Shown one piece after another: positions 39,409 to 49,147 of a DNA stretch of 64,000 bases (its first letter is position 1; every line of letters begins with the position of its first letter). The translations under genes were made by a program, and so were the position numbers. This DNA is from Gemmatimonas sp. GTDB lineage: Bacteria; Gemmatimonadota; Gemmatimonadetes; Gemmatimonadales; Gemmatimonadaceae. The stretch lies in assembly GCA_965279375.1 (NCBI GenBank), contig OZ257156.1, forward strand, positions 2,528,001-2,592,000. Reading direction: 5' to 3'. Below the pieces are notes generated by a model that had not been told where the DNA came from, made no database searches, and saw only the letters and a program-made list of their open reading frames with translations.

Positions 39409-40041
39409 CTATCGAAGGCTGCTGTCAGCCGGAGTGTCCTTCAGTGCTTCGACCAGTTGGACGGTGGATGCAAACGAGCGCGCGCATGCCGCGCCGACCA
39501 CGTCACATTCATAAGCGACGCACCGCTCCGGCGCTACACGGAGCGCCTCGAGCCGACCCGCAATCGCGCGCCAGCTCTGGGGCAGTGATGCCACGCCGAT
39601 GGCGCGCGGGAGGTCGTCGGCGCATCGCACGAAGGCCAGCAACTCATCGAGTCCTGAAAGTTGAAGCAATCGCTCCACCTCCCGGCGCGCACTGTCCGCC
39701 CGCAGCACAATCCGCTCGCCGGCGAGGGCACGCGCCCGAAGCCAGCTCGCGGCGTCCGGCTGCAGGGGGATGCCCTGCTGCACCATGCCGCTGTACGCGC
39801 GCCGCGCACGCAGCACGGTCAGATCGCGAGTCGTCGCGTCTACCTGCGTCGGCAGCGCGGCCTCGATCGCCTCTTCGAGCGAGCGGCCGGCCAGCAACGG
39901 CATCGCCTCCTCGATCGCGCACGGCGCGAATTCGGCGCTGACCGCCTCCGAAAGGGCGAGACCACGGGCGGCCCGTGTGTCCACCACGAGTCCGTCAAAC
40001 GCGACGACGATGGCGCCGCGCTGTGCCGGAGTGCCGATCAC
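39409..40041 (-). CDS. HAD-fold protein with degenerate catalytic motifs
   Basis: AIVVAFDGLVVDT (motif I lacks the first Asp), PERCVAYE (motif IV-like). Confidence 0.65.
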   Translation of the reverse strand: MIGTPAQRGAIVVAFDGLVVDTRAARGLALSEAVSAEFAPCAIEEAMPLLAGRSLEEAIEAALPTQVDATTRDLTVLRARRAYSGMVQQGIPLQPDAASWLRARALAGERIVLRADSARREVERLLQLSGLDELLAFVRCADDLPRAIGVASLPQSWRAIAGRLEALRVAPERCVAYECDVVGAACARSFASTVQLVEALKDTPADSSLR

Positions 40042-40053
40042 CTGCGTGCCTGT

Positions 40054-41340
40054 TCAGCGTGCTTCGGCGCGATACGACGCGTCGAGCAGTTCGATGGGAT
40101 GCACCACGCACGCGCGCGAGCCGCTGCGCAACAGCCCCGCGCCCAGCTGCATCATGCATCCGGGGTTGCCAGTCGCCACATACTCCGCTCGCGTTTCCGC
40201 GATGCGCGCAAGCTTGGGTGCGAGCACCGCATCCGACGTGTCCGGCTCCACGAGATTGTAGATGCCCGCGCTGCCGCAGCACTGATCCGCATCTTCCAAG
40301 GGAACGAGATCCAGCCCGGGGATCGCACGCAACACGGCCAAGGGCTGCGCGACGACGCGCTGCGCGTGCATCTGATGACAGGGCGGGTCGTGCGTCACAC
40401 GCAGCGCGACCGTCCCTCCGGCGCGCGGACCGGCGTCCGCCAACAACTCGCTGACGTCACGTGCGCGCCTGGCCACGCGCTCCGCACGCGCACTCCACTG
40501 CGCATCATCGTGCAGCAGGTGCGCGTACTGTTTGATCATCGCGCCGCACCCTGCGGAGTTGATCGCGATGAGCGCGTCGCCGGACGACTCGAACGCGGCG
40601 ATGTTCTTGCGCGCGAGTTCTCGCGCGCCCTCGAGATCACCAGCGTGTGCGTGCAGCGCGCCGCAGCACTGCTGACGCGGCGACTCCACCATGCCGTATC
40701 CATTGGCGGAAAGCACACGCCTCGTCGCCGCATTCACATGGCCGAAGAGGCCATGCATCACGCAGCCCTCGAGCATGGTCACCGGTGCGCGAGTGGATGC
40801 GGTGGATGGCGCTGCGCTTGTTGACCCACTCGACAGGGAGACAGGCGCCGTCGAGGCGAGCATGGCGAATGGAAATGCCAGCCGATCCGGAAGCACGCGA
40901 GCAAGAACGCGCGGAAGTCCGGTGGCGCGCACGAGGCGAGCGCCGGTCAGCGCCATCGATAGGACGAACTGGTTGGCAAATACGGCGAGTACCACGCGCG
41001 CCACGAACGGAGTGCCACGCACTGGTGCCATCGTTGCCCGTGTCGCTTCGAGCAGCTCCCCGTAGGGAACGCCCGACGGACAGGCGGTCTCGCACGCACG
41101 ACAGCCGAGGCAGCGATCCATGTGCTGACCGACGTCAGGATCGGTGAGCGACAGATCGCCGTCGAGCAGGCGTCGCATGAGCACGAGTCGCCCGCGCGGA
41201 CTGTCGTTCTCGTCCTCGAGATTCACATACGTGGGGCACGCCTGCAGACAGAAGCCGCAGTGCACGCACGCATCGAGGCCGGCGGCGGCATCGGCGAGCG
41301 GTGTACCGGGAAGCGCGCAGCGCGCAGGGATCACGCTCAT
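40054..41340 (-). CDS. glcF: Glycolate oxidase iron-sulfur subunit
   Basis: CVHCGFCLQACPTY, SPRGR, CLGCRACETACPSGV, two CCG domains. Confidence 0.92.
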   Translation of the reverse strand: MSVIPARCALPGTPLADAAAGLDACVHCGFCLQACPTYVNLEDENDSPRGRLVLMRRLLDGDLSLTDPDVGQHMDRCLGCRACETACPSGVPYGELLEATRATMAPVRGTPFVARVVLAVFANQFVLSMALTGARLVRATGLPRVLARVLPDRLAFPFAMLASTAPVSLSSGSTSAAPSTASTRAPVTMLEGCVMHGLFGHVNAATRRVLSANGYGMVESPRQQCCGALHAHAGDLEGARELARKNIAAFESSGDALIAINSAGCGAMIKQYAHLLHDDAQWSARAERVARRARDVSELLADAGPRAGGTVALRVTHDPPCHQMHAQRVVAQPLAVLRAIPGLDLVPLEDADQCCGSAGIYNLVEPDTSDAVLAPKLARIAETRAEYVATGNPGCMMQLGAGLLRSGSRACVVHPIELLDASYRAEAR

Positions 41341-42518
41341 ACGTATGTCTCGCCGAGAATACCGCGATTCAGGACCTGATGCGGATCGAACCTACTGCGC
41401 AGGCGGCGCGCCAGCGGGTCATCGGCCGCCGACGGCAGTGCGCTCCACGCCACGGCGGGCAGTCTCTCGCCGATCACACGATACGCAGACGATCGCCTCG
41501 CCGACACGAGCGTGGCGATTTCGCGCTCTCTCGACGGGTCGTCGAGCTGGTTCGTCGGCACGATCACCCGCACAGTACCGCGATGCGGTGTCACGCGCAG
41601 CTGCGCATCGGAAATGCCGCACTGCACGAGTGCAGACTGCGCATGCGACAGAGTGCCGTCGAGCGAGGCGATGGCGCCGCTGAGTCGTACCACGGCGTGC
41701 GCGCCGTCTGCATGGCGGAGTGCGCTCCACACATCGGTTGAGACATCCTGTACGCTACCAGACTGCTGCAGTCGTTGCCGCAACGAGGCAGCGCCGGCTG
41801 CATTGCCGGTCGCGCGCGCGAGCAAGACCCAGCGCCGTCCATCGCCTGCGCCCACCGCGAACGCAAGCGAAGGATCGAGCAGCTCGAGCGCGTGAAAGGC
41901 GAGCGCGTTGTGTCCGAGCGACCGAACCAGCGCGAGCAACGGCGCGGCGTCGTCATGCGCGATCGCGTACGAACAGTCGGTGGCCGGTTTGGCGTGCAGT
42001 CGCACACTCACTTCGGTGATGGCGCCGAGCGTCCCGAAGGCACCCGTCGTCAGTCGCACCAGATCGAATCCCGCGACGTTCTTCACGACGCGACCGCCCA
42101 CGCGGAGTCGTGTACCCAGGCCGGAGATCAGGCCGAGTCCGAGCACGAGATCCCGTGTCGTGCCACTGCCCAAGGCGAGTGGGCCGGAGGACGCGGTGGC
42201 GATCGTTGCACCGATGGTGCCGCGCTCATCGCCCATGGGATCGAGCGCCAGCCACTGGCCATGCTCGGCGGTGATGGCCGCGATCTCCGCGAGCGTAGTA
42301 CCGGCATGCACGGTGAGCACGAGGTCCGTCGGGATGTATTCGATGACGCCTGTGAGCGGAGCGAGCGACAGCGTCGCGCTCTGCGCGACCGGTCGCCCAG
42401 CATCCAGCCAAGTTCCGGCACCGACGAGTCGAAGCGGCGTCTGCTTGGTGTGCGCAACGGCGATCTGCTGCGCCAACTCCGCGACCAGCGATTCGGCCTG
42501 CGTCGTGTTCAGCGACAT
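41337..42518 (-). CDS. glcE: Glycolate oxidase FAD-binding subunit
   Basis: GTIGATIAT, GGRVVKNVAGFDL, GAFGTLG, FDPHQVLNRG. Confidence 0.9.
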   Translation of the reverse strand: MSLNTTQAESLVAELAQQIAVAHTKQTPLRLVGAGTWLDAGRPVAQSATLSLAPLTGVIEYIPTDLVLTVHAGTTLAEIAAITAEHGQWLALDPMGDERGTIGATIATASSGPLALGSGTTRDLVLGLGLISGLGTRLRVGGRVVKNVAGFDLVRLTTGAFGTLGAITEVSVRLHAKPATDCSYAIAHDDAAPLLALVRSLGHNALAFHALELLDPSLAFAVGAGDGRRWVLLARATGNAAGAASLRQRLQQSGSVQDVSTDVWSALRHADGAHAVVRLSGAIASLDGTLSHAQSALVQCGISDAQLRVTPHRGTVRVIVPTNQLDDPSREREIATLVSARRSSAYRVIGERLPAVAWSALPSAADDPLARRLRSRFDPHQVLNRGILGETYV

Positions 42519-42555
42519 GCGGGCGACACCAACGGTGACCCGAGGAGCCGATGCG

Positions 42556-43992
42556 TCACGTGCGCGTGGCGGGCAGCGCGTGCCACTCTCGGCAGCTGTG
42601 CACGGGAATGACCTTGCCGGGATTTGCGCGGCGCTCCGGATCGAACGCGTCGCGCACCGCGCACATCATGGCGAGGGATTCCTCGTCAAAGAGCTTCGTC
42701 ATGTACGGAAGCTTGTCGAGTCCGACACCATGTTCGCCAGTGATCGTGCCGCCTGCTGCGATGCACGCCAGCATGATTTCGGACATGGCCGCATGCACAC
42801 GGGCCGACTCATCCGGGTCCGTGGCATCGTACGGGATGTTGGGGTGCAGATTGCCGTCGCCGGCATGAAACACGTTGCACACCTTCACCTGATGGCGCCG
42901 AGCAATGTCGTCGATGTTGGCGAGGATTTCCGGCAGGCGCGTGCGCGGCACGACCGCGTCCTGCACCACGAGCGCCGGTGCAATACGACCCATCGCTCCA
43001 AAGGCCTTCTTGCGTCCCTGCCACAGACGAGTGCGCTCCGCCTCGGTGCTGGCGATGCGTACATCGCGCGCACCGCACTCCCGACAGCAGCGCTCGATCG
43101 TGGCGACATCCTCGGAGAGACCGGCCTCGAGTCCGTCCACTTCGCACAGCAGAATGGCCGCTGCATCGATGGGATAGCCGGCGGCGTAGATGGAGGCTTC
43201 CACGGCGCGAATCGTCGCGTTGTCCATCATTTCGAGCGCGGCGGGGACGATCCCCGTGGCGACGATGCGCGACACGGCGCGGGCAGCCTGATCGACGCTG
43301 GAGAAGTCCGCGAGCAGCGTACGCACCGCCTGCGGCAGTGGCACAAGCTTGATCCAGATGCCGGTCGCCACGCCGAAGCAGCCTTCGGACCCGACGAAGA
43401 GTCCGAGGATGTCGTAGCCGTCGCTTTCGGCGTACGGGTCACCCAAGCGCATCGTCTCGCCATCGGGGAGCACGACATCGAGGGCGACGACGTGATTGAG
43501 CGTCACGCCATACTTGAGACAATGCGGACCACCGGCATTCTCCGCGACATTGCCTCCGATCGTGCACACCGCCTGACTCGACGGATCGGGCGCGTACTGC
43601 AGGTGATACGGCGCGACCGCACGCGACAGCTTGGCGTTCACCACACCGGGCTCCACGTGCGCCACGCGATTGACCGGATCCACCTCGATGATGCGCGTCA
43701 GGCGATTGAGGCCGAGCACCACGATGCCATCGGCGAGAGAGCCGCCAGACAATCCGGTGCCTGCGCCGCGGGCGACAAAGGGCACGCGTTCTGCGGCGAG
43801 TGCGCGCACGACACGCACGACTTCGTCCTGCGTCCCCGGGAATACGGCAAGTGTCGGCTGGGCGCGATAGCCCGGCAATCCATCCGAGTCGTACGGTACG
43901 AGCTCGGTGTGTCGGCGTTTAACCCAGCGCGGACCGACGATGCGCTCGAGCGCGGGAATGACCCGCGCGAGGGATTCGTTGCTGTCGTTCAC
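42556..43992 (-). CDS. glcD: Glycolate oxidase subunit GlcD
   Basis: RGAGTGLSGG, PDPSSQ..CTIGGNVAENAGG, HAGDGNLHP, GEHGVG. Confidence 0.93.
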   Translation of the reverse strand: MNDSNESLARVIPALERIVGPRWVKRRHTELVPYDSDGLPGYRAQPTLAVFPGTQDEVVRVVRALAAERVPFVARGAGTGLSGGSLADGIVVLGLNRLTRIIEVDPVNRVAHVEPGVVNAKLSRAVAPYHLQYAPDPSSQAVCTIGGNVAENAGGPHCLKYGVTLNHVVALDVVLPDGETMRLGDPYAESDGYDILGLFVGSEGCFGVATGIWIKLVPLPQAVRTLLADFSSVDQAARAVSRIVATGIVPAALEMMDNATIRAVEASIYAAGYPIDAAAILLCEVDGLEAGLSEDVATIERCCRECGARDVRIASTEAERTRLWQGRKKAFGAMGRIAPALVVQDAVVPRTRLPEILANIDDIARRHQVKVCNVFHAGDGNLHPNIPYDATDPDESARVHAAMSEIMLACIAAGGTITGEHGVGLDKLPYMTKLFDEESLAMMCAVRDAFDPERRANPGKVIPVHSCREWHALPATRT

Positions 43993-44005
43993 TGCGCGCG
44001 ATGAA

Positions 44006-44332
44006 CTATGTATCGCGCGCGAACATGTTGTAGACCGTGCCGATCGTGCGGCCCAGCGCGTAGCCCACGACGAACGCGTACACGAAGCCGATGAACGCGC
44101 CGCCGATGGTGACGGAGTAGCCGGGGAAGAAGACGGCGAGCAGTCCGAGGTGTTCGCCGATGTTCTGGCCGCCACGCACGACGAGCAGGATGGTCGCGGC
44201 GAAGAGTCCGAGGGCGAACAGGAGCCCTGTGGCGACGCCCCACGCTCGCGCGTGCAGCCGCGCGATTCCGACAAGCGCCTCCTTGGGGAGCCGGTCGTTG
44301 GACCGCATCATCGGATGATTGGGTGCAGACAT
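44006..44332 (-). CDS. Small membrane protein of unknown function
   Basis: 108 aa, hydrophobic, LLAVFFPGYSVT..G..G motif; paralog of the adjacent gene. Confidence 0.75.
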   Translation of the reverse strand: MSAPNHPMMRSNDRLPKEALVGIARLHARAWGVATGLLFALGLFAATILLVVRGGQNIGEHLGLLAVFFPGYSVTIGGAFIGFVYAFVVGYALGRTIGTVYNMFARDT

Positions 44333-44344
44333 TGAAGCCTTTCC

Positions 44345-44731
44345 TTAGATGTGATCGAGAAAAACGCGGGATGACGCCACATCGTCGCGGACGCGCATGA
44401 TCATGAGCCAGACGGCGAGGGCGAAGTTGCGCGCAAACGCCAGAAACCAGCCCCAGAAAAAGCCGGTGATGAAGCCCCAGAACGCACCGGCAATGGCGCC
44501 CGTCAGAGTGCGGGCGTAACCAAAAAAGAAGCGGTCGAGCAGGTGCACCGGAAAGCGCTCGTTCGGGTCGAGCACTGCGGATAGTCCGGTGATGAGCAGG
44601 ATGACGATCGCGAGGGTCACGCCAAGCGCCATGCCCAATGCGCGCTTGTCCAGTGGCGCGAAGACGAGAGCGACCTGACGCTCGATGGCGGCGGTCGGTC
44701 CGGGAGGGGTGTTTTGATCAGGCAGCGGCAT
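44345..44731 (-). CDS. Small membrane protein of unknown function
   Basis: 128 aa, LLDRFFFGYART..G..G motif; overlaps the GT2 stop. Confidence 0.75.
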   Translation of the reverse strand: MPLPDQNTPPGPTAAIERQVALVFAPLDKRALGMALGVTLAIVILLITGLSAVLDPNERFPVHLLDRFFFGYARTLTGAIAGAFWGFITGFFWGWFLAFARNFALAVWLMIMRVRDDVASSRVFLDHI

Positions 44732-45800
44732 GGTCGGTTCCCTCGCCGAGGGTGGGTCGCGTCGCCCGCGGCGGCTGCAAGCGATGCGTGATCATGGCCC
44801 AGGCAGCGCCAAAACCACTCGTGAAGTAGAACAGCAGTCGTAGCGGTACCACCGAAAGTGCAAACAGCGGTCCGCGCACCTTGGCAAACCAAAGAAACAT
44901 GGATGTGTTCGCTACGACAATGACCAGGGCGGCGGCAATGGTGGCGAAGAGCCAGCGTGGATCACGCGTGACGAGCAGGACGGCGATCGAGAGCAGCATG
45001 AAGCCGGCGAGGGCGGTCAGCACTTTCTCGAGCACACGCAGGTTCAAGGGGCCGTCGCTGGCGACGTCACCGCGCTCCAGCAGCAGCCGCATCCACGGGA
45101 TGGCGCGCTCGCGGAGGTCGGTCTTGAGCATGTTCGTCAGCGTCCAGCGCTTGAGGTGCGTCCCCTGAATCTCCGGCACGAGGAGGATGCGAAATCCGGC
45201 GCCATGCATGCGGTAGCCCAGATCGATGTCCTCGATCTGCGGTCGCGGATAGCGCTTGGCGTCGTAGCCACCGACCTTCGCGAAGACGTCGCGGCGGACC
45301 GCGCCACAACCGGCCCAGAAGGTGATCGCCGGGCCGGGGCTCATCGAGTGCACGTAGTGGTGCAGCAAGTTGCGGTACTGCGACACCAATCCCGGGTCAC
45401 GCGGCGACTGATCGTACGCCCCAAACACCGCGCCCACCGTGGGGTCGGCCGCGAAAACGGCGGCGAACTGGGAAAGCGTCGTTGGTGCAACGACCACGTC
45501 CGCGTCGACAAACACGAGCACGTCCGCTCGGGCGACCGTCGCGCCAAGATTGCGCGCGAAGGCGGGACCGCGCGGTCCATTGGGCGAGACGAGCACATGG
45601 TCGGCGTGAGCGCGCGCAACGTCGGCGGTATCGTCGGGGCTGTTCTCGTCCACGACGATCAGCTCCCACGCGGCGCGCGGCATGTCGGACGCCAGCAGCG
45701 CCGCGATGACTTCACGCAGCGTACCGGCACAGCGATAGGCCGGCACGATGACGCTCAACGTCGGCGTGAAGGCCTCGCGGTCGCCGGCAGCGATGGTCAC
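44718..45800 (-). CDS. GT2 glycosyltransferase with C-terminal TM helices
   Basis: LSVIVPAY, GPAFARNLG, FVDAD, IEDIDLG; GTGA overlap with the upstream gene. Confidence 0.9.
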   Translation of the reverse strand: MTIAAGDREAFTPTLSVIVPAYRCAGTLREVIAALLASDMPRAAWELIVVDENSPDDTADVARAHADHVLVSPNGPRGPAFARNLGATVARADVLVFVDADVVVAPTTLSQFAAVFAADPTVGAVFGAYDQSPRDPGLVSQYRNLLHHYVHSMSPGPAITFWAGCGAVRRDVFAKVGGYDAKRYPRPQIEDIDLGYRMHGAGFRILLVPEIQGTHLKRWTLTNMLKTDLRERAIPWMRLLLERGDVASDGPLNLRVLEKVLTALAGFMLLSIAVLLVTRDPRWLFATIAAALVIVVANTSMFLWFAKVRGPLFALSVVPLRLLFYFTSGFGAAWAMITHRLQPPRATRPTLGEGTDHAAA

Positions 45801-47323
45801 GCGACCGCTACTCCGGCGTCGGACTTCTCGTTCGGGTCCACGCGCTGCTCTTCGTGATACTCGAAGTCCGTGTTCACCGCCCACACATCATGTTCCGCCT
45901 CGCCAAGCATGTTCTCGAGCGTCAGCATGGAGGTGTACATGGAGTGATCGGCGTTGTTGTACTTGTGCATGCCGTTGCGGCCGACGGTGTGCAGGTTCGG
46001 AATGCGATCGATGAAGGCACGCACGTTGTCGAGATGCTCGCGGTACTCGCCGTCGTAAATCGGATAGGCCTTCTGCATGCGAACCACCGCACCGTCCACG
46101 ACATCGCCGGCCTTGGCGAGACCGAGTGGCTCCAATTCCTTCGAGCCGAGCGCGATGAGGTCGGCGTCAGAGCTCTCCCAGAGTCCATCCCCTTCAAAAC
46201 AGAAGTACTCCATGCCGAGGCAGGTGTGCCCTGCGTCCGGTACCATGGCGGCACTCCAGTTGTTGAAATTCTGGATGCGACCGACGCGCACGCCCGGGGT
46301 GTGCACGTAGATCCAGTTGTCGGGGAAGAGATTCTCCTTGTTGAGAATCAGAGCGACGACGAGGAAATCTCGATAGCGCAGTCCTTCCGCGGCCTTGCGG
46401 GCCTTCTCCGGAGCGGCGTCGCCGAAGCAACGCACCAGCGAACGGATATCCGTCGTGGAGATGATGTGGTCGGCTTCGATACGCTGCGTGCCCGCGGCGC
46501 TCTCGACGACCAACGCCGTGACCTGACCGTCGGTCCCTTCGATACCGCTGACGTAGTGTTGCATGAGCACCTTGCTGCCGAGCGCCTCGATCTTGTCGCG
46601 ACAGGCTTCCCACATCTGTCCCGGGCCGTAGCGCGGATACTTGAAGGTGTGGATCAGCGTCTTGATGTCGTTGTTGCGCCGCTGCAGTGCGGTGGCGGAG
46701 AGAATCGCGCGCGCCAGCGACAATCCCTGAATGCGCTGCGCAGCCCACTCGGCGCGAATCTCCGTGCAGGGAATGCCCCACACCTTTTCAGTGTAGGTCT
46801 TGAAGAAAATCTCGTAGAGGCGCTTGCCGAAGCGATTGGTCACCCATTGCTCGAAGTTCTCTTCGATGGGCGACGGATACAACTTCGCGTGGAAGTAGCT
46901 GGCGAGAATACGAACGGCGTTGATGATGCCCAATCCACTGAGCGCGTTGAACGCCTTGAGTGGATAGTGGAAGTACTTGCCGCCGTAATGAATGCGCGAC
47001 AGTCGGGGCACGTCGATGAAGTCATCACCCAGCAATTCCTCCCAGAGCTTTTGCACGGGAGTGATCTTGGTGAAGAACCGATGTCCGCCGATGTCGAAGC
47101 GATAGCCTTTGTAGCGGGCCGTCTGCGAGATGCCGCCCACCATGTCCGTACCTTCGAGGACCGTGACGGCGTATCCGCGTTTCGCGAGTAGGTAAGCAAT
47201 GGTTAGGCCTGCGGGGCCACCACCGATGACCGCGATATGGTCGCCGGGACGCAGGGTCTTCACTTGTCGCTTCGCTGGCGGACCTTCGCCTGATTCGAAT
47301 ACGGCTGCCGCTGTCACTGCCAC
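45797..47323 (-). CDS. FAD-dependent oxidoreductase (UDP-galactopyranose mutase / amine-oxidase-like, glycan-locus type)
   Basis: IGGGPAGL, FDIGGHRFF, YTEKVWG, AYP, GRNGMHKYNN.DHS. Confidence 0.8.
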   Translation of the reverse strand: MAVTAAAVFESGEGPPAKRQVKTLRPGDHIAVIGGGPAGLTIAYLLAKRGYAVTVLEGTDMVGGISQTARYKGYRFDIGGHRFFTKITPVQKLWEELLGDDFIDVPRLSRIHYGGKYFHYPLKAFNALSGLGIINAVRILASYFHAKLYPSPIEENFEQWVTNRFGKRLYEIFFKTYTEKVWGIPCTEIRAEWAAQRIQGLSLARAILSATALQRRNNDIKTLIHTFKYPRYGPGQMWEACRDKIEALGSKVLMQHYVSGIEGTDGQVTALVVESAAGTQRIEADHIISTTDIRSLVRCFGDAAPEKARKAAEGLRYRDFLVVALILNKENLFPDNWIYVHTPGVRVGRIQNFNNWSAAMVPDAGHTCLGMEYFCFEGDGLWESSDADLIALGSKELEPLGLAKAGDVVDGAVVRMQKAYPIYDGEYREHLDNVRAFIDRIPNLHTVGRNGMHKYNNADHSMYTSMLTLENMLGEAEHDVWAVNTDFEYHEEQRVDPNEKSDAGVAVA

Positions 47324-47555
47324 GCTCGCTCCTCGTACGGAAAAGAAACACTCGCTTTCGCTAAATACGATTCAGCGGTCGCGGAGGCACCGAATTCGGC
47401 CCAGGTCGATGAGACATCTGCTCGGCCGCGATGAATGTACAGCATCCCCGCGATTCTAGGGACAATGCACTTTGACCGCGCGAAGTTGCCCAGGTGGGCG
47501 CATCCTAGACCCTGCGCGGTGCCCGCAGGTAACTTCCGCCCGCGATATTCGTCGC

Positions 47556-47573
47556 TGTTGCATGACCGCAACA
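47556..47573. promoter_or_regulatory. Perfect palindromic operator TGTTGC-N6-GCAACA
   Basis: TGTTGCATGACCGCAACA in the divergent gap between the oxidoreductase and uxs. Confidence 0.6.
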
Positions 47574-47636
47574 TGGGGCTGAAGTTCTTTCGCTTGATCT
47601 CCATTCTGCCTTCCACAGATCATTCAGCATTCATTC

Positions 47637-48584
47637 ATGCACACTCGCCAGCGGGTTCTCGTCACCGGCGGAGCCGGATTCCTCGGCTCACATCTGTGCG
47701 ATCGGCTCCTCGCCGACGGCGCGACCGTCCTGTGCGTGGACAATTTCTTCACGGGCTCGAAGGACAACGTCGCGCATCTGCTGGACCAGACGCACTTCGA
47801 GATCATGCGCCATGACGTGACGTTCCCGCTCTACGTCGAGGTCGACCAGATCTATAACCTGGCCTGTCCGGCCTCGCCGGTGCACTACCAGAATGATCCG
47901 GTCCAGACCACGAAGACGAGCGTGCACGGCGCGATCAACATGCTCGGCCTGGCCAAGCGAGTGCGCGCGCGCATCATGCAGGCGTCCACGTCGGAAGTGT
48001 ACGGTGACCCCGAAGTGCATCCGCAGCCGGAGTCGTATCGCGGATTGGTGAATCCGATCGGACCGCGGAGCTGCTACGACGAAGGCAAGCGGTGTGCGGA
48101 GACGCTGTTCTTCGACTATCACCGTCAACACGCGCTGCTGATCAAGGTGGCGCGCATCTTCAACACGTACGGGCCGCGCATGCACCCGAACGATGGTCGT
48201 GTCGTGTCGAACTTTGTGGTGCAGGCGCTCCGCGGAGAGCCGATCACGATTTACGGGACCGGTGCACAGTCGCGCAGCTTCTGTTACGTGGATGATCTGA
48301 TCGAAGCCTTCGTTCGCCTCATGAACACGCCGCCCGAGTTCACGGGCCCCGTGAACCTGGGCAATCCGGTCGAGTTCACCATGCTCGAGCTGGCGGAGCT
48401 GGTGCTGGAGCTGACGGACTCCAAGTCGGAGTTGGTGTTCCGGCCGCTGCCCGTCGACGATCCGCGGCAGCGCCGGCCGGACATCACGTTGGCGAAGCAG
48501 GCGCTGGACTGGGAGCCCAAGGTCGCGTTGCGCGACGGTCTGCAGGAAACGATTCGCTACTTCAAGCACCAGTTCGCGCGCTGA
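47637..48584 (+). CDS. uxs: UDP-glucuronic acid decarboxylase (UDP-xylose synthase)
   Basis: [50 protein letters not shown]. Confidence 0.95.
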   Translation: MHTRQRVLVTGGAGFLGSHLCDRLLADGATVLCVDNFFTGSKDNVAHLLDQTHFEIMRHDVTFPLYVEVDQIYNLACPASPVHYQNDPVQTTKTSVHGAINMLGLAKRVRARIMQASTSEVYGDPEVHPQPESYRGLVNPIGPRSCYDEGKRCAETLFFDYHRQHALLIKVARIFNTYGPRMHPNDGRVVSNFVVQALRGEPITIYGTGAQSRSFCYVDDLIEAFVRLMNTPPEFTGPVNLGNPVEFTMLELAELVLELTDSKSELVFRPLPVDDPRQRRPDITLAKQALDWEPKVALRDGLQETIRYFKHQFAR

Positions 48585-48596
48585 GCTTGCCATCGA

Positions 48597-48637
48597 AAGG
48601 CCCTTACTGACGCGCTCGGCGGGTCGGTAAGGGCCTT
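48597..48637. terminator. Terminator between convergent genes
   Basis: AAGGCCCTTACTGAC...GTCGGTAAGGGCCTT inverted repeat. Confidence 0.75.
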
Positions 48638-48643
48638 GTTCGT

Positions 48644-49042
48644 TCAGGCCGTTTGCATGATGGCGTCGACGAGTGAGCGTAACGTCGAAAGCTCGAAGGG
48701 CTTTTGCAGCACGTGTGGATGCCTGGCGAGCACGCTGTCCGGCGGCGCCGTCTCGACCGCGTCTCCGGTGGAGAAGATCATCCGTGAGACCAGTGCCGGC
48801 CGCTCGTGACTGAGCGCGGAGAAGAGCATCTCGCCGGAGACAAGGGGAAGGTGGAGGTCGCAGATGACCAAGTCGATGCGCGACTCAGCATCGTCCACTG
48901 ACTCACGCATCGTCGCGAGCGCATCCGCACCGTCGGCGGCTTCGAGCACGGACCAGCCCTGCCGCGTGAACCATCGCTGGAGGGCAAGTCGAATCCCGGA
49001 TTCGTCGTCGATGATCAGCACACGCGACACACAGACTCCCAT
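48644..49042 (-). CDS. Stand-alone response regulator receiver domain
   Basis: VLIIDDE, DLVICDLHLP, FSTG, LQKPF. Confidence 0.9.
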   Translation of the reverse strand: MGVCVSRVLIIDDESGIRLALQRWFTRQGWSVLEAADGADALATMRESVDDAESRIDLVICDLHLPLVSGEMLFSALSHERPALVSRMIFSTGDAVETAPPDSVLARHPHVLQKPFELSTLRSLVDAIMQTA

Positions 49043-49147
49043 TTATAACGGCCGAGTTTGGCTACGGACATGCGAGAGCGGGCGCCTGCAGTGTGCAAGC
49101 GCCCGCCCCTTATTAACGCACCAGATTCCCCAATGTTGCGTGGAGAC

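Noticed and set aside
41908..44004. 698-aa plus-strand ORF and many similar long overlapping ORFs
   Set aside because: Antisense or frame shadows of glcD/glcE and other real genes.
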